A DNA stretch of 61,295 nucleotides, filler included. It is 4 parts of 4 records of this genome, joined end to end, with 100 filler letters (N's around TTAATTAATTAA, not from the genome) between each part and the next. Parts side by side here need not be neighbours in the genome. Positions count along the whole stretch, not along the records: positions 48,502 to 61,295 come from DRR378314_834; 3 more parts are not named here. One strand, 5' to 3'. Below the pieces are notes generated by a model that had not been told where the DNA came from, did no database searches, and worked only from the letters and a program-made list of their open reading frames with translations. Positions 48,931-58,607 of this stretch are shown here, piece after piece. Positions within the stretch are counted from its first letter, which is position 1. Each line of letters begins with the position of its first letter. A program made the translations under genes and the position numbers.

Positions 48931-50430
48931 ATGCCCGCATCACCTGCCAACCAGCCGAAAGCTTCCTGGAAAGCGCGCTTTGACGCCTTGATCCAGCCCT
49001 ATATTCCGGAATATTTCCCGGTGGCCTGGAAGATGGGTCTGTCGATTTCGGCGCTGATCCTGATCGGTATGACATTGCTGGCGTTCATTCTGCTTAACAA
49101 TCAGCTGCAGCGTATGCGCGACCAGGCGGACAGCTTCGGCAACGCCATCGCCACCCAGCTGGCGCATACCGCCCGCGAACCGCTGCTTGCCGAGGACCGC
49201 TTCCTGCTCAAGGTGCATATCAACAACCTGGTGCGCAGCGACAGCATCGCCGGCGCCGCGCTGTTCAACCGGGAGGGCCAGCCGATCGATCAGGCCGGGG
49301 TGCAACCGCCGGCCAGCGCCCCGTCCTCGACGGAAGTGCGCCGCTGGGGCGGGCTCGGGGAAAACGCCATGAGCACCTACTTCGCGCCGGTGCGCGTCAA
49401 CGATAACCTGGCAGGATCGGTGGCGGTGACCCTGTCGGACCGCTCCATCACCCTGGCCCAGCGCGAGGTGCGCAACACCCTGATCACCGCCACCCTGGCG
49501 ATGGGCGTGCTGGCGATCATCGCCTCCTTCCTGATCAGCCGACGGCTGGCGCAGCCGATCCACAATCTGCTCGCCGCCACCAGCGCCATGCGCAAGGGCG
49601 ACCTGCAATACCGCATCCAGGAACGCCGCAATGACGAGATCGGCCATCTGATCGAGGCCTACAACGGCATGGCCCACGGCATGCTGGAGAAAGACCAGGT
49701 GGAGCGCGTGCTGCAGCGTTTCGTGAGCCCTTCGGTGGCGCGCAAGATGATGGCCAACCTGGACCAGGTCACCCTGGGCGGGCGCGACGTCACCGCCACG
49801 GTGGTGTTCGCCGACATCGTCGGCTTTACCCGGCTTTCCGAAAGTCTGGCGCCGGAAGCGGTGGCGGACATGCTCAACGTCTACTTCGATGCCATCAGCG
49901 CCGCTTCCGATTTCTACCGGGGCACCATCGACAAGTACATGGGCGATTGCGCGATGATCGTGTTCGGGGTGCCCGAGGAAGATTCCGAGCACCTTTTCCA
50001 CGGTCTGTGCTGCGCGGTGATGATTCAGCGGCTGGTGACCCGTCTCAACGAATACCGCGACGCGCGCGGCCTGACCACCGTGGAATTCCGCATCGGTATG
50101 AATTCCGGGGCCATGCTGGCCGGCAATCTCGGTTCCAGGGAGCGCATGCAATACACGGTGGTGGGCGACACGGTGAATCTGGCCTCGCGGCTGTCCAACA
50201 TGGCCGGCGCCGGCGAAATCATCGCCGCCTCGACAATCATGGCGGATCCCAATATCGGCTCCCGGGTGCGCGCCACCGAGTACGGCGCCATGCGGGTGCG
50301 CGGCCGCCAGGAGCCGGTAGGCACCTTCCGGGTGGACGGCGTGCACGCCCTGTCGGAAACGCTGATGGAACAACGCATTGCCCAATTCCTTGCCGAAATC
50401 AGCGCGGAGGCCGACCGTGAATCCTCTTAA
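48931..50430 (+). CDS. Membrane class III adenylate cyclase (2 TM, periplasmic sensor, HAMP, cyclase)
   Basis: 'VFADIVGFT', 'IDKYMGD', 'YTVVGDTVNLASRL' and HAMP 'RNDEIGHLIEAYN'. Confidence 0.92.
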   Translation: MPASPANQPKASWKARFDALIQPYIPEYFPVAWKMGLSISALILIGMTLLAFILLNNQLQRMRDQADSFGNAIATQLAHTAREPLLAEDRFLLKVHINNLVRSDSIAGAALFNREGQPIDQAGVQPPASAPSSTEVRRWGGLGENAMSTYFAPVRVNDNLAGSVAVTLSDRSITLAQREVRNTLITATLAMGVLAIIASFLISRRLAQPIHNLLAATSAMRKGDLQYRIQERRNDEIGHLIEAYNGMAHGMLEKDQVERVLQRFVSPSVARKMMANLDQVTLGGRDVTATVVFADIVGFTRLSESLAPEAVADMLNVYFDAISAASDFYRGTIDKYMGDCAMIVFGVPEEDSEHLFHGLCCAVMIQRLVTRLNEYRDARGLTTVEFRIGMNSGAMLAGNLGSRERMQYTVVGDTVNLASRLSNMAGAGEIIAASTIMADPNIGSRVRATEYGAMRVRGRQEPVGTFRVDGVHALSETLMEQRIAQFLAEISAEADRESS

Positions 50431-51460
50431 GCGGGGCACCTGGCGGGCGACGCTGGGCCTGGGGGCGGTATTGATACTGCCCGGCTGCGCCTCATTGCTG
50501 CCGTTCTCGGATCCCGCCGACCGGGTGGGTGACGCGCTGCAGGAGCACCGCTACCGGGACGCCCTGGACATCATCGACCGCACCGACCAGAGCCATCCCC
50601 AATACGGCCTGCTCACCGAGCAACGCCAGGGGGTGCTGCAGGCAAGCCGGGAATACCGCCAGGAAAGACTGGCCCTGGCCCGGGATCTGTCGGCCCGGGA
50701 AGACTGGGGGCAGGCGTATCAGCTGCTGGAGGATACCGGCGACCGCGTGGCGGAACCGGAACCGGTGAACTCTCTGCTGGCGCAATTGCGGGAGCGCGAG
50801 GCACGGGCGCTGCGCGAACGCCTTAACCTGTGGTATCTGGCCCAGGCGAAGGCGCTGCTGGACACCGATGAGCTGGACCGGGACCTGGCCCACCATGATG
50901 ACCGCCGGGCGGCGAGAATTCTGGATCAGCGCGCGCGGCTGCGCCAACAGGTGAGCGACGGCCTCACCGAACTGGGCGACGCCTACGCCGACCAGGCGCT
51001 GTGGCGCCAGGCACTGGTCTCCCTGGAGATGGCACAACGGCTGACGCCGGACCGCAGCCAGCCGGCCTCCTTGAAACGCGCGCGCAAGACCCTCGACAGC
51101 GCCCGGGACCGGGCGCGGGACGCCCGCCAGGAAACCCGCTTCCAGCACGCTGAAGCGCTGATTTCACAGTATCAACAAACCGGCCGTCTGGAGGACCTGC
51201 TGGCCGCCCGCACTTACCTGGCGCAGCACGATGGCGGCTACCTGGACACCATGCGCGAGCAAGTGAAGCGCTGGTCGCGGGACCGCTTCGCCCGGACCAT
51301 GGCCCAGGGGGAAGCGCTTTACGCCAAGGGCGAATACCGGGCCGCCCACCAGCTGTGGCAGCGGGTGGCCCCGCTGGACCCGGACAACGTGGAATTACAG
51401 AAAAAACTGGAGCGCAGCGAGCGGGTGATCAGAAACCTGGAATCTCTGAACACCCCCTAG
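50417..51460 (+). CDS. Helical TPR-like lipoprotein of unknown function
   Basis: GTG at 50417 overlaps the cyclase 3' end; lipobox LPG|C; TPR-like C-terminus 'GEALYAKGEYRAAHQLWQRVAPLDPDN'. Confidence 0.7.
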   Translation: MNPLKRGTWRATLGLGAVLILPGCASLLPFSDPADRVGDALQEHRYRDALDIIDRTDQSHPQYGLLTEQRQGVLQASREYRQERLALARDLSAREDWGQAYQLLEDTGDRVAEPEPVNSLLAQLREREARALRERLNLWYLAQAKALLDTDELDRDLAHHDDRRAARILDQRARLRQQVSDGLTELGDAYADQALWRQALVSLEMAQRLTPDRSQPASLKRARKTLDSARDRARDARQETRFQHAEALISQYQQTGRLEDLLAARTYLAQHDGGYLDTMREQVKRWSRDRFARTMAQGEALYAKGEYRAAHQLWQRVAPLDPDNVELQKKLERSERVIRNLESLNTP

Positions 51461-51470
51461 CGACCGCCGG

Positions 51471-53777
51471 CTAGCACCAGGGCGGCCGGCACTGGCTGGC
51501 GTTCGCCGCCTCCGGCTCGGCCCGCGAGGCCGCCACCGTCGATTCCTCGACCGGCTCGGGGGCCGCCGGCGCGGGCGCCGGGGCCGGCTCAACCGGTTGC
51601 GGCGTCCGGGTGGCGGAAGGCTCGCGGGCCTCGTCTTCGGCCTGGTCCGCCTCCTCATCGCGGGCGGCGGGCTCCTCTTCTTCCCCGGGCACCACGCCCT
51701 CGGTATCGGTCACCGGCCCGGAGGTGGGCGGCGTGGCGGAATCCTCTTCGCGTTTTTCCTGCTGCGCCTTATAAGCCCGCTCGTAATCATCGGAAACCGG
51801 TGAACGCCCTTCGAACAGGTTTTCCAGCTTCACCGGCAACGGGAACTGAACCTCGCGAACCAGATCGCCGTCATCGTTGACCCGGAACTGCATGGCGGTG
51901 ACGCCCATGTATTTCTCGCGGGTCATGTCCACCAGCCGGTCGTTGTTCGCCAGCACCGTGGGCTTGATGAACACCATCAGATTACGTTTGACGTGGCTCT
52001 CGGAGGTGGAGCGGAACAGGAAGCCCAGCAGAGGGATATCACCGAGCAGCGGCACCTTGCGGACGGTCTCCTGAACGTCGTCGGAAATCAGGCCGCCGAG
52101 GGCGATGGTCTCACCGTCGTCCGCCAGCACCGTGGTGTTGAGCTGCCGCTTGGTGGTGACGATGTCCACCGCTTCACCAACCGAATCCTTCACCGCCGAG
52201 GTTTCCTGCTCAAGCTCCAGGCGGATGGTGTTCAACCCGGCCACATGGGGCGTCACCTTCAACGTCAGGCCCACATCCTCGCGCTGGATGGTGGTGAACG
52301 GGTTGGACACCCCGGACCCGGTGCTGGACGCCTGCCCGGTGACGAACGGCACGTTCTCACCGACGATAATCGACGCTTCCTGGTTGTCCAGGGTGAGAAT
52401 GCTGGGCGTGGACAGCAGGTTGGTGTTGGTGGTGGAGGCCAGCGCCTGCACCAGCGCGCCCCATTCCAAATCGCCGTCCGCGTCGGTTTCCCCGAAGCCC
52501 GCGGCGATGCCGTCGCCCAGGGTGATATTGGAGGGGTCTTCGGTGATCACCGCCTGCAACAGGGACTGCACACTGATGCCGGAGCCGCCGAAGTTGACCG
52601 CGCCCACGCCGTTTTCCAGGTCGCCGGCCAGATACTGGAAGCCCAGGTTGTTAGCCTTGTCGCCGGTCACTTCGACGATGGCCGCCTCGATCAGGATCTG
52701 GGCGCGCCGCACGTCCAGCTGACTGATCACTGACTGCAGCTCTTTCATCATCTCCGGCTCGGCGCGGATCACCAGAGCGTTGAGGGATTCGTCCGACTGA
52801 ATCGAGACCCGTGCTTCACCGTCGGAGGTTCGCGCGGCGGCGCCACTTTCATCACCGCCCTGGCGAACCGCCGAGGCCCCGGCGGCGAAGTTCTTCAGCA
52901 GCTCCGCCATTTTCTCCGAATCACCGTGGCTGAGCCGGACCACCTGCACGCCGCCGGCGGCGCTGGAGGGGCTGTCCAGTTGCTGGATCAGCGGCATCAG
53001 GCGGGCGCGGGTGCCGCGGTCGCCCTTGATAATCAAACGGTTGGTGCGCTCATCGGCGACCATGGTGGCGCCGCCCTGGGCGCCCCGGCGCCGGTTGTTA
53101 GCGGCCGGGTCCGAGGTGGTCAGTTCTTCGAGCAGCGACACCATATTGCCGGCGAACGCGTGCTCCAGCTGAACGATTTCAACCTCGTCGCTTTCAGCGT
53201 TGTCGAGGCTGTTGATAATGGCGCGCATGCGCTGAATGTTGTCGGCATGGTCGCTGATAATCAGCGCGTTGGCGGATCCCACCGCCGCCAGGTGACCGTA
53301 CTGCGGCACCAACGGGCGCAGCACCGGCACCAGTTCCTCAACCGGAGAGTTGTCCACCGCGATCACCTGGGTGATCAACTCTTCACCGTCCACGCTGCCC
53401 GCGTTGGCGGTCAGCGGCAGGTTGCTCTGCTTGGCGGTGGTGTTGGTGACGATCTTGATCACGCCACCGGACGGCACTGCGGCGTAACCGTGGACCTGAA
53501 GCACCGACAGGAACAGCTCATAGACTTCGTCGGAGGTCAGTGGCTGGTTGGAAATGACAGTCACGTCACGGGCGCGCACCCGCGGATCGACGACAAAGTT
53601 CTTCCCGGTCATTTCCGCGACCTGGTTGATGAACGCCTGAATGTCCGCGTTGCGGATATTCACCGTCCAGTTCTTGCCATCGCCGGACTGCTCCACCTGA
53701 GCCTGCTGCTGGGCATGGGCGCCGAGAGCCAGGCTCAGCGTTAGCACTGCGATTATTGTTTTCAGGGCCGACTTCAT
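51471..53777 (-). CDS. gspD: Type II secretion secretin GspD
   Basis: N0 'NADIQAFINQVAEMTGKNFVVDPRV', 'DERTNRL', 'QILIEAAIVEV' and 'KVPLLGDIPLLGFLFRS'. Confidence 0.95.
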   Translation of the reverse strand: MKSALKTIIAVLTLSLALGAHAQQQAQVEQSGDGKNWTVNIRNADIQAFINQVAEMTGKNFVVDPRVRARDVTVISNQPLTSDEVYELFLSVLQVHGYAAVPSGGVIKIVTNTTAKQSNLPLTANAGSVDGEELITQVIAVDNSPVEELVPVLRPLVPQYGHLAAVGSANALIISDHADNIQRMRAIINSLDNAESDEVEIVQLEHAFAGNMVSLLEELTTSDPAANNRRRGAQGGATMVADERTNRLIIKGDRGTRARLMPLIQQLDSPSSAAGGVQVVRLSHGDSEKMAELLKNFAAGASAVRQGGDESGAAARTSDGEARVSIQSDESLNALVIRAEPEMMKELQSVISQLDVRRAQILIEAAIVEVTGDKANNLGFQYLAGDLENGVGAVNFGGSGISVQSLLQAVITEDPSNITLGDGIAAGFGETDADGDLEWGALVQALASTTNTNLLSTPSILTLDNQEASIIVGENVPFVTGQASSTGSGVSNPFTTIQREDVGLTLKVTPHVAGLNTIRLELEQETSAVKDSVGEAVDIVTTKRQLNTTVLADDGETIALGGLISDDVQETVRKVPLLGDIPLLGFLFRSTSESHVKRNLMVFIKPTVLANNDRLVDMTREKYMGVTAMQFRVNDDGDLVREVQFPLPVKLENLFEGRSPVSDDYERAYKAQQEKREEDSATPPTSGPVTDTEGVVPGEEEEPAARDEEADQAEDEAREPSATRTPQPVEPAPAPAPAAPEPVEESTVAASRAEPEAANASQCRPPWC

Positions 53778-53784
53778 AGGCTTC

Positions 53785-54639
53785 TCACGGTGGATAGTTC
53801 ACGGTAAATTCCTGTTCGCCGCGCTGCACGACTATGGATGCGGCCTGGCTGTCCAGATAGGACTGCAATGCCGCCAGATCACTCTCTTCATCGCCAAGCG
53901 GGTAGCCGTTCACCGAGACCACCACGTCCCCCTGATTCAGCCCCACTTGTTCAATTAACTGCTTGGGCGCTTGTTCGCCGATTCTATACCCCTCGGTGCC
54001 GCCCTCACTGACCGGCTGCAGCCCCAGTTGCCGGATCAACGCGGTGCGCTGCTGGGCCAGATCGGTTTGCGGGCTCGGCGCCTGTGTCTGCGGCGCCGGC
54101 TCGTTCACCTGCGTCACGCCACCGCCGGACAGCCCTTTGATTTCGTTCAGACGCAACGTTTCCAGACGCCCCTGACGCCGCAGAATGACGCGGTCCGCGT
54201 AGATGTCTTCCAACTCAGCATTACCGGGAATCGCGTCACCAATATGAAACAGTTCCGCGTCCTTGCCCTTTTCCGCGATGATCGCGGACGACTTGTCCCG
54301 GTCGCGGGTCTGGAACAGCCCCAACAGCTCAAGGCTCAAACGGGTGTCCGGCGCATCCACCGGCCGGTCATCCAGGGCGTCGGGCTCCGCCTGGTAGACA
54401 CCGAAAAGATTCCAGCTTTGCACCTGGGAAGAGGAAATCCCCGACTGGCCCTGCCGGGAGCCGGCCACGGCAACCTGCTGAAGGTCTGATTCGGGCACGC
54501 TGTCCGGGGGGCCGTACCAAAGCATCCAGACTGTCCGGGCAATCACATAGGCGAGAAACACCACCAACAAAAGAGCCAGAATGGCACGCAGCCAACGCCC
54601 CCCTTTTTGTCGGTTTCCCCTCCGGGCCCACTGAATCAT
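53785..54639 (-). CDS. gspD-adjacent gspC: Type II secretion protein GspC (TM, HR, PDZ-like)
   Basis: 'APDTRLSLELLG', 'SSAII', 'IYADRVIL...GRLETL' and PDZ-like 'GLNQGDVVVSVNG'; ATG 54639 inferred. Confidence 0.88.
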   Translation of the reverse strand: MIQWARRGNRQKGGRWLRAILALLLVVFLAYVIARTVWMLWYGPPDSVPESDLQQVAVAGSRQGQSGISSSQVQSWNLFGVYQAEPDALDDRPVDAPDTRLSLELLGLFQTRDRDKSSAIIAEKGKDAELFHIGDAIPGNAELEDIYADRVILRRQGRLETLRLNEIKGLSGGGVTQVNEPAPQTQAPSPQTDLAQQRTALIRQLGLQPVSEGGTEGYRIGEQAPKQLIEQVGLNQGDVVVSVNGYPLGDEESDLAALQSYLDSQAASIVVQRGEQEFTVNYPP

Positions 54640-54761
54640 AAAGCCATCAATCCTGTTTATCGTTATCCCGGCCCGCCGGCATCGAATCCCGAGTATAGAG
54701 AGCCGACCGTCCCTGGCCAATTTATACACGGTCTTTCCGACCGCTTGTTATGCAGAGGCGC

Positions 54762-55484
54762 TTAGCCTGGCCGCCCCAGGGTCAAAGGCCGGCGCATGCG
54801 AAAGACCACATCGGAAGGGTCCCCACCCTGGCTGACGCCCAGCAATTGCGGCCAGGCCCGGCGCACCTGCACGCTCAATGTCTTGTCTTCCAGGCTCGCC
54901 AGAACCAGCTGCTGCTGCTCGGGGCCGGTCACGGTAAGCCGGGGGCCGCTCTCCGACATCGTCAGCCGGCCGTCCAGGGGCGGCACACTGGCCGAGCCGT
55001 CGCGACCCCAGCTCACCGTGCCGCCGCTGTAATCAAGCGTCCCTTTGGCATCGACCACGTTCTCATCGACGAGTTCCAATACCAGCAAGGAAAGTGACAC
55101 GGTACCATCGGCATCGCCTTGCGGCACCTGTCGGCTGACCATGGCCACCGGCACCTGCGCGCGCCACTGCTCCAGACGCCAGTCGCCCCAGGCGGCGCCC
55201 AGCCAGCCGCGCGCCTGCAACTCGCCGGCGGACAGGGACAAATCCACCCCGGGGGTCAGGCCGTGCCAATTCAGTTCCCAGCTCAGACGACCCTGCTGAT
55301 CACGCCAGCGCGCCCGGACGTCGGCGTCCCACCAGGGGCCGCGAGCGTCGGACAACACCAGCGGCGCGCCACCGGGACGCAACGCCGGCACTTTGTCGAT
55401 CACCAGCGCCGCCGGCATCAGAGCCACTAAAAAAACCACCAGGCTGGCGACAAACACCGCCCCCAAAGCGAACCAGCGCATCAC
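54762..55484 (-). CDS. gspN: Type II secretion protein GspN-like
   Basis: N-terminal TM ending 'LMPA', 'GPWWD' and 'LSW', beta-rich body; upstream of gspC-D. Confidence 0.65.
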   Translation of the reverse strand: MMRWFALGAVFVASLVVFLVALMPAALVIDKVPALRPGGAPLVLSDARGPWWDADVRARWRDQQGRLSWELNWHGLTPGVDLSLSAGELQARGWLGAAWGDWRLEQWRAQVPVAMVSRQVPQGDADGTVSLSLLVLELVDENVVDAKGTLDYSGGTVSWGRDGSASVPPLDGRLTMSESGPRLTVTGPEQQQLVLASLEDKTLSVQVRRAWPQLLGVSQGGDPSDVVFRMRRPLTLGRPG

Positions 55485-55493
55485 AGCCCCACG

Positions 55494-56030
55494 TTAGAAC
55501 GGAATATCGTCGTCGAAATCATCGGCCGGGCCGCTGAAACCACCGCCCTGCTGGCCACCGGCCGGCTTGGCGCGTTGATCACCACCGCCCTGCTGACCCC
55601 CGCCCTGCTGACCATAGTCGTAGTCCTGGTTCTCGTAGCCGGTGGGCTGGCCGCCGCCCTGGTTCTGGTAGCCGCCGCCGTCACCGCCGCCGCCACGGCC
55701 GTCGAGCATCTGCATCTCATTGGCGACGATTTCCGTGGTGTAGCGGTCCTGGCCGTCCTGCCCCTGCCACTTGCGGGTGCGGATGGAACCTTCCACGTAC
55801 ACTTTGCTGCCCTTCTTGAGATACTCGCCGGCGATCTCGCCGAGCTTGTTGAAGAACACCACCCGGTGCCATTCGGTGCGTTCCTGCTGCTGACCGGTCT
55901 GCCGATCCTTCCAGGTTTCGCTGGTCGCCAAACGGATGTTGGTGACCGCGCCGCCGCTGGGCATGAACCGGGTTTCCGGGTCGGCGCCCAGGTTACCGAT
56001 CAGAATGACTTTATTGACGCCTCTCGCCAT
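55494..56030 (-). CDS. ssb: Single-stranded DNA-binding protein
   Basis: '[13 protein letters not shown]', 'TEWHRV', G/Q-rich linker and 'DFDDDIPF' tail. Confidence 0.98.
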   Translation of the reverse strand: MARGVNKVILIGNLGADPETRFMPSGGAVTNIRLATSETWKDRQTGQQQERTEWHRVVFFNKLGEIAGEYLKKGSKVYVEGSIRTRKWQGQDGQDRYTTEIVANEMQMLDGRGGGGDGGGYQNQGGGQPTGYENQDYDYGQQGGGQQGGGDQRAKPAGGQQGGGFSGPADDFDDDIPF

Positions 56031-56196
56031 GGCTGTTCGCTCCCTCTCTCTGTAACGGCCTATAACGGCACGTCTCTAAACGACTGATATATCAATGGGA
56101 CGGCACCGGCGGTGCCGGTGCGGTAAAAAGCAGACCGGTTATTGTGGCAGCTTTGGCCGCGCTTGAAACCCCCGGCGGCGCCGCCCGCCCAAACCG

Positions 56197-57573
56197 TCAG
56201 GCCCGCGGCTCCTGGACCTCGGCGCTGAGCGCCGTGAGCGCGTCCTCATCCAACAACTTATTGTCCACCTTCAGCAGCGCCAGGCGCTGTTCGGCGACCA
56301 CCACCGCCTCCAATACGCCGGGCACCGAGCGCAACCGCGATGCCGCCTGATCCCAATCCTGGGCACTCGCCAGGCGAATCACGCGATTGTCGAGCTTGGG
56401 CAATTCGCCCATGCCGCGCAAGTACAGCAGCCAGCCCACGGCGATAACCGCGCTGCCCAGGAACACCGCTTCGGCGCCCACCCACTGATACAGGGCGCCG
56501 CCCAGCTGGCCGCCGATGAACACGCCCAGGAACTGGCTGGTGGAGTAAACGCCCATGGCGGTGCCGCGGGTGCCGGCGGGGGCGGCGCGGCCCACCAGCG
56601 AGGGCAGCAGCGCCTCGAGCAGATTGAAGGCCATGAAATAAACGAACAACGCCAGCACGAAGTGCCACAGTGTATTGCCGGCCAGCGCCAGCAGGATTTC
56701 AGCGACGATCAGCAGGCCCACGGCCACGCGCTTGATGGGCATGGCCCCGCGACGCTCGGCGGCGATGATCAGAGGTACCATGGCCAGAAAGCCGCCCACC
56801 AGCACCACCAGATACAGCAGGCTGTGCTGTTCCAGCGACATCCCGAGACGCTGCTTGAGCAGTTGCGGCAGCACCACGAACGACGCGGTCATGGTCATGT
56901 GCAGCACCAGGATGCCCACATCCAGGCGGCGCAGCACCGGATCGCCCAGCACGGTGCGGAAGCGCTGCGCGGCGGGCAGCGGTTCACTGCTGCGCACCCT
57001 GGGCGAGGGCACCCAGACCGCCACCAGCATCGCCGCCAGACCCAGCACCACGGTGAACCAGAACAGGCCGCTCAGCCCCAGCCAGCGGGCCAGCAGCGGC
57101 CCCAGGATCAGGGCGAGGATAAAGGAGGAGCCCACCGCCATGCCGATCAGCGCCATGGCGCGGGTGCGGCGCTGCTCGCTGACCACGTCGCCGATCAGCG
57201 CCATGATCACGCTGGCGATGGCCCCGGCGCCCTGCAGTGCCCGGCCCAGAATAACGCCGTGGATGCTGTCGCTGAGCGCCGCCACCGCCCCGCCGATGAC
57301 GAACAGCAGCAGGCCGATCAGCAACAGAGGGCGGCGGCCGAAGCGGTCCGACAGCATGCCGAAGGGAATCTGCAGCAGGGCCTGCATCAGGCCGTAGGCG
57401 CCGATGGCGGTGCCGATCAGCAGCGGGGTGGCCCCGTCCAGTTCGGCGCCGTAGACGGCGAACACCGGCAGGAGCATGAACAGCCCGAACATGCGCAGGG
57501 CGAAAATCGCTGCCAGGGAGCCGGTGGTGGTCAATTCAGTGCGCCGCAGCGCGGCCCGGGAAGCGTCCGTCAT
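56197..57573 (-). CDS. MFS transporter (YajR-like, C-terminal YAM-like domain)
   Basis: 'LRMFGLFMLLPV', 'GMLSDRFGRR', 'FNLLEALLPS' and 'GVYSTSQFLG'; usual position between uvrA and ssb; start uncertain (57573 or 57594). Confidence 0.9.
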   Translation of the reverse strand: MTDASRAALRRTELTTTGSLAAIFALRMFGLFMLLPVFAVYGAELDGATPLLIGTAIGAYGLMQALLQIPFGMLSDRFGRRPLLLIGLLLFVIGGAVAALSDSIHGVILGRALQGAGAIASVIMALIGDVVSEQRRTRAMALIGMAVGSSFILALILGPLLARWLGLSGLFWFTVVLGLAAMLVAVWVPSPRVRSSEPLPAAQRFRTVLGDPVLRRLDVGILVLHMTMTASFVVLPQLLKQRLGMSLEQHSLLYLVVLVGGFLAMVPLIIAAERRGAMPIKRVAVGLLIVAEILLALAGNTLWHFVLALFVYFMAFNLLEALLPSLVGRAAPAGTRGTAMGVYSTSQFLGVFIGGQLGGALYQWVGAEAVFLGSAVIAVGWLLYLRGMGELPKLDNRVIRLASAQDWDQAASRLRSVPGVLEAVVVAEQRLALLKVDNKLLDEDALTALSAEVQEPRA

Positions 57574-57828
57574 GGTCCAACATCGGTGATACACAAAGGG
57601 ACGGCGAGTGTACCAGATTCAATCCCGCGTCGGGTGATGATGGGCAGGCCGCCGCCGGAATCCGGGTCTAAGCCGTTCCGCCCAGTGGCCATCGGGCAGA
57701 CGTTCCCCGCGACCGCCGTATAATGGTAAATTGAACCCCCGCCAATGCGATGATAAATTGGCCCCTTGAATCAGTTTTTTTTCGTATCCCCCTCGCGGGA
57801 CACAACCTCCCGGTACACGGGACGCATC

Positions 57829-58488
57829 ATGGACGAATTAATGGACACTCAAGAATCACAAAAGGTGTACGTGGTCGGCGGCCAGCATCTTCAGAACGCG
57901 CTGCTCACGGAGTTCCTCGACAAAGCGTCGATTACCGCCAGCGCGGTGAAGTCGGTGGACCAGGTCCACGAAGACGACCTGCGCGCCGTGGAGCAGAATC
58001 TGTTCCTGGTGGATTTCCATTCCGTGGATGTGAATGACGTCATCACCCGCCTGCTGGAAACGGACAAGCGTCTCGACAGCGAAATTCTGATCGGCGTGTT
58101 CAATGTCGACGACGACGATGACCTGTCGCGCCTGGCGGGCCTGCCGATGGTCAACGGCGGCTTTCAGCATGACTGCCCGCAGGGGCTGCTGACCAAGGGC
58201 ATCAAGTCGATGTTCGAGGGCGAGCTGTGGTTCCCGCGCAAGGTGTTGCAGCAATACCTGGTGAAAAGCCGCGCCTTCAACAAGACCTTCGGCCGCAACG
58301 AGGTGAACCTTACCGACCGCGAGATCGAAGTGCTCAAGGTGATGGCCACCGGCGCCAAGAATTCGGAAATCGCCACGGTGCTCAACCTCAGCCCGCACAC
58401 CATCAAGACCCACATCTACAACATCTTCAAGAAGATCAATGCCTCCAACCGCCTGCAGGCGGTGAACTGGGCGCAGGAAAACCTCTGA
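57829..58488 (+). CDS. LuxR-family regulator of the CsgD/VpsT/QstR type
   Basis: Atypical receiver-like N-domain ('HLQNALL', 'GELWFPRK') plus LuxR HTH 'LTDREIEVL...NSEIA..LNLSPHTIKTHIYNIFKKINASNRLQAVNWA'. Confidence 0.88.
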   Translation: MDELMDTQESQKVYVVGGQHLQNALLTEFLDKASITASAVKSVDQVHEDDLRAVEQNLFLVDFHSVDVNDVITRLLETDKRLDSEILIGVFNVDDDDDLSRLAGLPMVNGGFQHDCPQGLLTKGIKSMFEGELWFPRKVLQQYLVKSRAFNKTFGRNEVNLTDREIEVLKVMATGAKNSEIATVLNLSPHTIKTHIYNIFKKINASNRLQAVNWAQENL

Positions 58489-58497
58489 TACCCCACC

Positions 58498-58528
58498 TGC
58501 CCGACGCCGGCAATCCGGCGTCAGGGCA
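58498..58528 (+). terminator. Hairpin after the LuxR gene
   Basis: TGCCC-GACGCCGG-CAAT-CCGGCGTC-A-GGGCA. Confidence 0.55.
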
Positions 58529-58561
58529 CCATCGTTCTTTCCCCCATCACGCTCTTTCCCC

Positions 58562-58586
58562 TATACTGCACTGTTCATTCTGACAG
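58562..58586 (+). promoter_or_regulatory. uvrA -10 element and LexA (SOS) box
   Basis: TATACT (58562-58567) followed by CTGT-TCATTCTG-ACAG (58571-58586), the gammaproteobacterial CTGT-N8-ACAG consensus. Confidence 0.88.
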
Positions 58587-58607
58587 TAGCCAAGGGCACG
58601 CCATCTC

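Noticed and set aside
55540-55700. Short G/Q-coding repeats inside ssb
   Set aside because: Normal low-complexity SSB linker, not a CRISPR or tandem-repeat array
56084-56099. Possible SOS box upstream of ssb (CTGATATATCAATGGG)
   Set aside because: Lacks the closing CAG; only the uvrA box fits the consensus
57640-57715. c-di-GMP-I riboswitch-like CGGGTCTAAG upstream of the LuxR gene
   Set aside because: The GGCAAA, GNRA-loop and GCAAAG elements are missing; an Infernal search would settle it
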